From assembly GCA_021813405.1 (NCBI GenBank), contig JAKAKS010000019.1, forward strand, positions 7,549 to 71,548: a stretch of DNA of 64,000 bases, in the 5' to 3' direction. The DNA comes from Nitrospirota bacterium. GTDB taxonomy: Bacteria; Nitrospirota; Thermodesulfovibrionia; Thermodesulfovibrionales; JdFR-88. This document shows, one piece after another, positions 39,570 to 46,702 of the stretch. Made by a program: the position numbers and the translations under genes. How positions within the stretch are numbered: position 1 is the stretch's first letter; the number at the start of each line of letters is the position of its first letter. The notes under the pieces were generated by a model, which saw nothing but the letters and a program-made list of their open reading frames with translations, had not been told where the DNA came from and ran no database searches.

Positions 39570-42133
39570 CCGGTTGTGAAGCTCCGCGTTTCGCTTTGGG
39601 AAGATGCGCCGGCACTGTCCACCGCGATTACTTTCCAGTAATATACGGTGTTATGGTTAAGCCCGCTTATTGTCAGCTGCGCGGTGCCGGCTGGCGTGGA
39701 GCTTTTGTGGCCGCCGCAGGAGGCGGCGGATGTAAACACCGCAAACGCCAGGATTACCGAGGCAAGCCTGGATTTGCCCTTTCTGAATAAAACCAGCCCC
39801 ATCGCAACTAATGATATCATACCGGCCAGGCGCGCGGCATGGCCGCCCTTAGGTTTTTCAACAAAGGCCGTCTGGGTGGGAAGGCAGTTTGCAAATCCGG
39901 AGTCCGCGCACACAAAAAGACTATATTCAATGCCTTCCCCATCCGGCTCGGACGCCCTCTGCCACGTAAACGTGACGGATGTGCCAAGGCCAGTTGCGCC
40001 GTTTGCGGGCGAATTGAGCAGCGGGATGGAAGGCGGCGCATTCAGGGACGCCGATATCTCCGTTGCAAAGGCGTCAAACGAACCGGCAAAACCCGGTTGT
40101 GCCGCGTTTTTTACGGGAAAGTCCGTGGAACTGGTCCGTCCGGCTGTAAATATGTTCTGGGACGGGTCCAGCGCCACTGCCAGCGCCTGGTCGTCCCCGT
40201 TGCCGCCGAGCAGGGTTGAAAATATTATCCCGGAGCCCAGGGAATTCAGCTTGGTTACAAAGGCGTTTTCACCGGCCAATGAGGACGGTATTGGGTTTTT
40301 AAGCGGGAAGTCCGTTGAGATTGTCCTGCCGGAAACAATGGCCTCGTTTGCCGGGCTTACAGTTATTGCCTGGCCGAAGTCGTCGGCGGAGCCGCCAAGG
40401 AATGTTGAATATACAAGCCCGCCCGTTGGGCTGAACTTGGACACAAATGCGTCGTTGCCCCCGCCAAAAGACTGCACGGGGCCCAGCACCGGGAAGTTGC
40501 TTGAGGTGGTGGAGCCTGTTACATAAGCGTTGCCGGACGAATCCAGCGCCACCGCGTTGCCGGAATCGGTTGCCGTGCCGCCGTGGTATGTGGAAAAAAC
40601 CAGTTGCCCTGCTGGAGAAAATTTTGTTAGAAAGGCGTTTGAGCCGCCTGCCAGCGCGGTCTGCCGGGCTCCAAGCGTTGTTGGGAAGTTGGAGGAAGTT
40701 GCAGTGCCGGTTACAAAGGCATTCCCGGAGGCGTCCACGGCTATGCCCGCGCCTTTGTCGGAGGCAGACCCGCCCAGAAAGGTGGAGTACTGAAGCGAAT
40801 TTCCCGCAGGGGCAAGCCTGAAATAAAATGCGTTGCTTGCGCCAAGCAGCCTGGGTTGTTCGGCATTCAATACAGGGAAGTTGGTTGATGTTGTGGTCCC
40901 CGTTACGTAAGCTGCTCCCGAAGAGTTGACGAATATGGCAGCGCCCTGGTCAGAGGCCGAGCCGCCTACGTATGTGGAGTATGCAAGCGATCGACCATCC
41001 GCGGAAAGTTTTGTTACGAATACGTTTTGGGTCCCGGCCAACCCGGATTGATATTGATTGGACAGAGGGAAATTATTGGACTGTGTCAGTCCGGTTACAT
41101 AAGCCGCGCCTGTGCCGTCCACGGCCAGCCCGTAAGCCGCGTCATCGCCACTGCCTCCAAGAAATGTTGAATATACAAGAGTGCCCGAGGGGTTGAACTT
41201 TGCCACGAATGCGTCGCCAAGATTAGTTCCCCCTCTCCACGTTGTCTGATAGCCGTTTGCAAATAAATTGGAGGACATCGTGTGCCCGGCTATATAAAAA
41301 TTTCCGTTGGAATCGGATGCGGCGGCCTGGGCCTGGTCCGCCTGGCTGCCTCCAAAATAAGTTGAGAAGATCAGCACCGGGTCTATTACGGTCTTTTCCG
41401 CAGCCACATCAAGCCTTGCTATTTTGAAGCCCGCATGGCTAGCGTCCTTAAGCTCAAAGCCTCCGGCTATCCGCACCTTTTTGTTTCCGGCCGCCTCTTC
41501 GTAAAAGACCGGTTTTTCAAGCACAAGCCCAGGCGCATTTCCGATAACAAGGCTTCCGTACGGCCCGGGTTTGAAACTGGCGTTTGCGAGGCAGAGGCTT
41601 ACGTTTTCCGGGTCCGCCCCTTTTTTAAGCACTACATCAAACTCCATACCTTCTTTAACCGGACGGAAGACAACGTCGGTTGCGGGCCATACGTTTTTAT
41701 ATCTTACTTCTGCAAACTGCGGCACGCCTGTTATCCATTTGGCGGGCTTGTTGCCGATAAGATAATTGGAAACGCCTGGCAGTGGTTTTTCGCCAGAGGG
41801 AACAACCGCGGAACTGCTTGCCTTTCCCGCAAAGTAAAGCCTGGCGGTTTTTGCCGCAAGGCCGCCTGGCAGCGGGAATTCCACCGCGTTTTTTTCGAGC
41901 ATTATGCGGCCAGATCTTTTTGTGCCGTTAGATAGGGCCCAATTGGAAATAAAGGCGGCTTTTTGGGAGGCTTGCCCCATGTTTGGTTCGAACGCATGCG
42001 GTATTGAAAACCGTGTCTTTAATGCATGCGCAGTCCTGTTTTTGGGTATGTGCGGAGAAACCCGAAGCCCGGCTGACATTAACGCAAAGGCGAGAAACGA
42101 GAGCAGGAAAATTTTCTTCTTTGTTATTCCCAT
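39566..42133 (-). CDS. Large secreted SBBP (beta-propeller repeat) protein with a C-terminal Fn3-like domain
   Basis: Signal peptide. About 8 repeats of the form FLGGSxxDxGxAIAVDxxGNAYVTGxTxSxNFP. C-terminal TFTW...DGEGIEY...YYWKVIAVD motif. Confidence 0.75.
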   Translation of the reverse strand: MGITKKKIFLLSFLAFALMSAGLRVSPHIPKNRTAHALKTRFSIPHAFEPNMGQASQKAAFISNWALSNGTKRSGRIMLEKNAVEFPLPGGLAAKTARLYFAGKASSSAVVPSGEKPLPGVSNYLIGNKPAKWITGVPQFAEVRYKNVWPATDVVFRPVKEGMEFDVVLKKGADPENVSLCLANASFKPGPYGSLVIGNAPGLVLEKPVFYEEAAGNKKVRIAGGFELKDASHAGFKIARLDVAAEKTVIDPVLIFSTYFGGSQADQAQAAASDSNGNFYIAGHTMSSNLFANGYQTTWRGGTNLGDAFVAKFNPSGTLVYSTFLGGSGDDAAYGLAVDGTGAAYVTGLTQSNNFPLSNQYQSGLAGTQNVFVTKLSADGRSLAYSTYVGGSASDQGAAIFVNSSGAAYVTGTTTSTNFPVLNAEQPRLLGASNAFYFRLAPAGNSLQYSTFLGGSASDKGAGIAVDASGNAFVTGTATSSNFPTTLGARQTALAGGSNAFLTKFSPAGQLVFSTYHGGTATDSGNAVALDSSGNAYVTGSTTSSNFPVLGPVQSFGGGNDAFVSKFSPTGGLVYSTFLGGSADDFGQAITVSPANEAIVSGRTISTDFPLKNPIPSSLAGENAFVTKLNSLGSGIIFSTLLGGNGDDQALAVALDPSQNIFTAGRTSSTDFPVKNAAQPGFAGSFDAFATEISASLNAPPSIPLLNSPANGATGLGTSVTFTWQRASEPDGEGIEYSLFVCADSGFANCLPTQTAFVEKPKGGHAARLAGMISLVAMGLVLFRKGKSRLASVILAFAVFTSAASCGGHKSSTPAGTAQLTISGLNHNTVYYWKVIAVDSAGASSQSETRSFTTG

Positions 42134-42239
42134 CGCCCCCTCCTAAAAAGATTTTAAGTGAGTCCGGAGTTTCCGGCAACGGGCAAAAATTTCTTGCGGC
42201 TTGTTTTTAAATAAACCGAAGTGTTTAAATTTTAGTTAG

Positions 42240-44099
42240 ATGTTTAAAGGCAGGGTTCTCTTTACCATATTTGCCATCCAGTTCCTGGCGGTTACAAGCG
42301 TTCTGGGCTACCGGGCCTGGCTTAATTCGGACGCGGGCTGCGTTAGGTGCCATTCGGACCGGGCCAGGATGGAGGCGCTTGGCTACCCGGAGCTTTACAC
42401 AACGCATGCCATGGTGGCCAGAGAGAGCGGCCACGCCAACCTGAGCTGCCTTGATTGCCACCTGGGAAACGGCCGGGCCAAAGACTTGAACAAAGCCCAT
42501 AAAGGGATTCTGAAAGCCCTGCTTCTGGATGATAACGGAAACGTGCTAAAAAGGGCGGGGCTTGTAAATGGGGCCATCATCCCCAGAGGCAATGACAGGA
42601 TAAGAGAGCTTCTGCCCATGCTGCCCTCCGGAGATCAGGTTAGAAACGTGCTCTGGCAGGACCACAACCCCGGCACCTTCGATTTCGACCCGGATATAGC
42701 CAGGAAAACCTGCGCCAGAAGCTCCTGCCATCCCACGGAGTTGAAGCAGTTCCTCCATACGGACATGGGCGCCAACTTCCGCCAGCGGACTATGAAGACC
42801 TGGCTTACGCCTTACGGCCCTCACAATTGCGGGCCGTCCTTTGCCGATATGCCGCCAACAGGGCCGCTTTCGCGCAAATCCGGCTTCGATTTCAAAAACA
42901 CTTCCAGGATAAGCGCCGAATGCACCCTGGGGCTTACAAAGCAGCAGGCCATGGACAAGCAGAAGTTCTGCAACATATGCCATCCCGGATGCCTGGATTG
43001 CCATTACAAGCCGGACGCAAACAAGGGCGTACACCATTTTGTAACGCGCCCAACGGCGGAATCCTGCTCCGGGAACGGCAGGGGCACAAGCATCTGCCAT
43101 CCCGGCGCAATGGACAGCAGGCGCGGGGAGGCTTATATAGGCGGCGATTATTCAATCCCTACCGGCATGAAGCCGGACGTGCATTATACGATAGGGCTCA
43201 AGTGCATAGACTGCCATCTGCCCGGCCCTAAAGGCATGGGAGACATGACAAGGAAGGCCGGGTGCCAGGACTGCCACATAGAGGCCGAAGACGCGCTTGC
43301 CAGAAGCGTGCATAAAAGCCTTACATGTGCTGCCTGCCACATCTCGGAGCTGAGGGGTTACCAGCTTACAATCTGGGGGCCAGGCATGGTGGCAGGCAGG
43401 CCAAACCCGTTTAACAAGTATTCGCTTTATTACGGCATCCAGAAGCCGCCTATATTGATGAGGGACCAGAAGGGCCGCTGGATGCCGGTTAAAGTATGGC
43501 CGCACAGCGTTGGCAACTTCAGCAAGGATGTCCCGCCTTCGGGCAAAATACTGTTCAGGTGGCCACACGGCGAGACTCACGATGCCTATTACATAGTTGG
43601 CACGGTATACGGGCCGGTGGCGCAGAGGAACCTTTTGTGGCTGGAGATTGAGCAGGCATCACATCCCTACGGCAAGGCACGCAGCTGCCAGTCCTGCCAT
43701 GCGGGCAAAAACGGGACCCAGACGTCATATTCCAACTGGGAATTTGAGGAGGACCAGGGCACGGATGTCCCCTTCAAAGGCTCCCATAAAATTGTGGCGG
43801 ACTCTGCCGGGATAAGGATAGAGGACCTTAAAAACACCACTCCGATAGTTGTTGAGAAGGGCTGGAAGCTGGGTGATTTTGCCTCCTGGCTTTATTTCAG
43901 AAACAAATGGAGCGCCCCAGGCGACTTTGCCATAAGGACTGACAAACCGGAATATCAAAAACAGTTGCGTGCCTCAAGGCTGGCTGAGGCCCGGCTTAAA
44001 ATCCTTGAAGGGAAACTGAAACCCGGTGACAGAAAGGCCGCCATTGAATTCAGAAGGACGGCCGAAACCGCTATCCACAATCCGGCGGCATGGAAGTAA
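42240..44099 (+). CDS. Membrane-anchored multihaem cytochrome c (8 CxxCH plus 2 atypical motifs)
   Basis: CVRCH, CLDCH, CNICH, CLDCH, CIDCH, CQDCH, CAACH, CQSCH, plus CARSSCH (Cx4CH) and CSGNGRGTSICH (Cx9CH). N-terminal TM helix. Confidence 0.85.
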   Translation: MFKGRVLFTIFAIQFLAVTSVLGYRAWLNSDAGCVRCHSDRARMEALGYPELYTTHAMVARESGHANLSCLDCHLGNGRAKDLNKAHKGILKALLLDDNGNVLKRAGLVNGAIIPRGNDRIRELLPMLPSGDQVRNVLWQDHNPGTFDFDPDIARKTCARSSCHPTELKQFLHTDMGANFRQRTMKTWLTPYGPHNCGPSFADMPPTGPLSRKSGFDFKNTSRISAECTLGLTKQQAMDKQKFCNICHPGCLDCHYKPDANKGVHHFVTRPTAESCSGNGRGTSICHPGAMDSRRGEAYIGGDYSIPTGMKPDVHYTIGLKCIDCHLPGPKGMGDMTRKAGCQDCHIEAEDALARSVHKSLTCAACHISELRGYQLTIWGPGMVAGRPNPFNKYSLYYGIQKPPILMRDQKGRWMPVKVWPHSVGNFSKDVPPSGKILFRWPHGETHDAYYIVGTVYGPVAQRNLLWLEIEQASHPYGKARSCQSCHAGKNGTQTSYSNWEFEEDQGTDVPFKGSHKIVADSAGIRIEDLKNTTPIVVEKGWKLGDFASWLYFRNKWSAPGDFAIRTDKPEYQKQLRASRLAEARLKILEGKLKPGDRKAAIEFRRTAETAIHNPAAWK

Positions 44100-44294
44100 T
44101 CAAGGCTGTTTTTTGGAAGTCCGCCCGGACCGGCCATAGAGGTGATAGGCACAGTCCGGGCCTATAAGTGATTTAAGCGCATCTATGGACAGCCGCCGTC
44201 CGTTTTCAGTCATCGCCAGCTTCCGGTAGATATACCGTAACCTGATCTCCTCGGCCCTGTCCGAGGCTGATTTTCCTTGTCTGTCCGAGGCCAT
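44100..44294 (-). CDS. Hypothetical small basic protein
   Basis: 64 aa from MASDRQGK... Starts directly after the GYD gene stop. No recognisable domain. Confidence 0.3.
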   Translation of the reverse strand: MASDRQGKSASDRAEEIRLRYIYRKLAMTENGRRLSIDALKSLIGPDCAYHLYGRSGRTSKKQP

Positions 44295-44295
44295 T

Positions 44296-44601
44296 TTACC
44301 CGTGGTGTACCGCCCCGGGATGGAGCTTGTTTGCAAGCTCGCCCGCCGGAATGGCTGCAAGCGACAGCATATGCACGCTGCCGCGCGCGCCCAGCTCCAC
44401 CGACATCTTCAGTATCGTCTCGTTGTCGGGGGCCTCAACTATATTAACAAAATCATATGGCCCCAGTGTGGCAAACTGTTCCTTTACCTTTACTCCCATC
44501 TTTTCCAGCTCCCGGTTTACCTCAAACATCCGCTCCGGGTTATGTTTCAGGGTTTTCCTGCCCTCGTCGGTAAGCGTGCTTAAGATTATATAAGTTGCCA
44601 T
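44296..44601 (-). CDS. GYD-domain protein
   Basis: MATYIILSTLTDEGRKTLKHNPERMFEVNRELEKMGVKVKEQFATLGPYDFVNIVEAPDNETILK is typical of the GYD family. Start moved to 44601. Confidence 0.7.
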   Translation of the reverse strand: MATYIILSTLTDEGRKTLKHNPERMFEVNRELEKMGVKVKEQFATLGPYDFVNIVEAPDNETILKMSVELGARGSVHMLSLAAIPAGELANKLHPGAVHHG

Positions 44602-44827
44602 ATGGTTTCCTCCTTTTAATTTTCTTATACCCCCTGGGTGAAATGATGTCAATGCGGCGGGCAGGCAGCGAGGGGCAAAGGGCCGTTGTACCCCCCCATG
44701 CCCTGTATCTTATACCCGGAACCCGTATATAATAGTGTCCTGGCGGTAATTCCCAGAGAAAGGCGTCCGTATTATCCAGACCTTAATAGAAAATTCTCCA
44801 TACCTGGCCCTGTTTACTCTGCTTGTA

Positions 44828-45382
44828 GTGGGCGGCATGGGGGTGCCCTTTTTCCCGGAGGACACAACCCTTATGCTATGCGGTTTCCTGGTCTATACCG
44901 GGCACGTGCGCCTTGCCCCGGCGCTGGTGACGGTTTTTCTGGGCGTGCTCATATCGGATTTGTTTCTTTACTGGGTGGGCAGGCATTACGGGCGAAAGGT
45001 GGTCACCAGAAAATGGTTCGGGCGCTTCCTGTCCCCGGCCAGGCTTGAATCACTGGAGGCCAAGTTCAACAAGCGCGGGATATTTTTCATTCTAATAGGG
45101 CGGCACCTGATAGGGCTGCGGACGCAGATATTCCTGGTTTCAGGCATCATGAGAATGTCTGCGATAAAATTTTTGGTGGCTGACGCGCTTACCTCTTTGC
45201 TTACAATAGCTGTAATGGTGTCCATAGGGTACGGCGGCGGGCGCGGGCTGCACAGCGGACTGGGCATTCATGTGCACCGTGCCGAGGTAATCGCGGCAAT
45301 TGTGGTCCTGGCCTTTCTGGCGGGTTATCTTGCGCTCAGGTTGTTTCTCAAAAAAAGGAAAAACAACACCGGCCCCCTGTGA
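44828..45382 (+). CDS. DedA/SNARE-associated family membrane protein (true start probably upstream at a non-canonical codon)
   Basis: GVPFFPEDTTLMLCGFLVYTG...VFLGVLISDLFLYWVGRHYGRK. The frame is open back to 44750 and encodes the expected first helix (NSPYLALFTLLVVGG), but that stretch has no ATG, GTG or TTG. Confidence 0.8.
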   Translation: MGGMGVPFFPEDTTLMLCGFLVYTGHVRLAPALVTVFLGVLISDLFLYWVGRHYGRKVVTRKWFGRFLSPARLESLEAKFNKRGIFFILIGRHLIGLRTQIFLVSGIMRMSAIKFLVADALTSLLTIAVMVSIGYGGGRGLHSGLGIHVHRAEVIAAIVVLAFLAGYLALRLFLKKRKNNTGPL

Positions 45383-45413
45383 TGATCCTAGAACCACGTA
45401 ATCCGTTCACGAA

Positions 45414-45484
45414 TCACGGTTCACAAGCCGCGGTTTTTTCACGGTTTTGAGAAGGCAAATTTTTAAGTCTGGCGTTTCACGGTT
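45414..45484 (+). repeat. Three direct copies of TCACGGTT
   Basis: Copies at 45414-45421, 45439-45446 and 45477-45484, plus GTTCAC variants at 45403-45426. Located in the gap between two convergent genes. Confidence 0.6.
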
Positions 45485-45755
45485 AACGGCCGTCGTCCAG
45501 TTCAAGCGGATCGCATAAAAGGCTTTGCACCGGAGCAAGCCTTCCGCAGCGTATGCATACGAATCCCGCATGCTTAAGCTTGTCCGGGCATGTATGGCCC
45601 GCAGGCGAAGGTTTTTTCCCGCAATAAGGGCATTCAATTAATTCAAATGGATGGCACATATGGCCTGCCGCCTGGGTAGCATGGCCGCAGCCGGGGCATT
45701 TGCGTCCGTGGTTGGCGGTGCTGTCAGGCCTGGAAAGAGGCCCTTCCCCGTCCAT
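45483..45755 (-). CDS. Cys/His-rich protein with three zinc-ribbon-like repeats
   Basis: CPGCGH..GHMCHP, CPYCGK..GHTCPD, CIRCGR..LLCDP. Its ATG directly abuts the TAA of the upstream DsbC-like gene (TAAATG). Confidence 0.55.
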   Translation of the reverse strand: MDGEGPLSRPDSTANHGRKCPGCGHATQAAGHMCHPFELIECPYCGKKPSPAGHTCPDKLKHAGFVCIRCGRLAPVQSLLCDPLELDDGR

Positions 45756-46601
45756 TTAGGAGTGCGAAGCTGTTTTGTGGCTGGTTTCCCGGCGGGTTGT
45801 TTTTTTCATGTCCTTGGCGGCCTGGTCTATCAAGGGGACCAGCATGTTCGGGTTCGGGCCAACCACAACCTTGCCGTCGGGCAGTACGATAGAGGGGGTA
45901 CCCGTGATGTGAAGGCTGTCTGCCAGCTTTATGTTCCTGGCTATCTCAGGAGCGGGGCACGAGGCCTTCAGCTGCTTGCCCGCATAAGACTCTTCCAGAA
46001 GCTCCATTGAATGTTTGCACACGATGGCCTTGGCGTTTTCCATGGCTACAGGGCCATGCATGGCAAGCGGGAAAATCTTCAGGTAGAAGACAATATCCGG
46101 CCTTTTCTTTACTATCTGCTTCATCACCTGATGAAGGTTTTTGCAGAACGGTCAGACGGGGTCGTCAAAAACTATCACCTTCAGCCTGGCTTTCGGGTTG
46201 CCAAGCACCAGGGCGTCCTGAAGGGGTATCTTTGAAGGATTGGTATAAACGGCGTTGAGCTTTTCGTCCTCGTCACTGGTAAGGTTGTGCTTGGTTGCGA
46301 TGTCGATAATGGAGCCCTGAACTATGTGCTTTTTTTCGTAGTCCACATAAAGCAGGCCCTTCTGGCCCCTGAATTCGCATTGTATTTCCCACAGCCCGCC
46401 AATCGCGGATTTCTTTACGCTGAGCACCTTGATCTGAGGGTTCAGGGCAGACACCAGATGCTGCGCCTCATTGTCGTTTAACGAATGGCAGCTGCGGCAA
46501 TCGCCTCCGCATGCCCCGCCGCCTGTGCCGAAAGCAAACGCGGGCGAGGAAGCAAAAAGGATTGCCAGTACGGGAAGAGTTAAAAGACTGAATCTGCGCA
46601 T
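45756..46601 (-). CDS. DsbC/DsbG-like thiol:disulfide interchange protein with in-frame UGA (probable Sec) at the active site
   Basis: Track ORFs 46152-46601 and 45756-46127 share one frame. Joined they read ...LKVIVFDDPV-U-PFCKNLHQVMKQIV...ITGTPSIVLPDG. Signal peptide MRRFSLLTLPVLAILFASSPAFA, followed by CGGDCRSCH. Confidence 0.8.
46119..46136 (-). other. SECIS-like hairpin 15 nt downstream of UGA 46154-46152
   Basis: mRNA CUUCAUC-AGGU-GAUGAAG: perfect 7-bp stem with a GGU-containing tetraloop. Confidence 0.5.
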
Positions 46602-46702
46602 GTGATTAATTATATCAAGTAATATTTTTTTTTTGCAATCTGGCGTGCGGGCCCGGATTTTTGCGGCTTGAAAAATCCGCGCACCAAATGATTAAATTGT
46701 TG

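Noticed and set aside
39648-40526. 292-aa plus-strand ORF, plus several others opposite 39566-42133
   Set aside because: Shadow ORFs of the repeat-rich SBBP gene.
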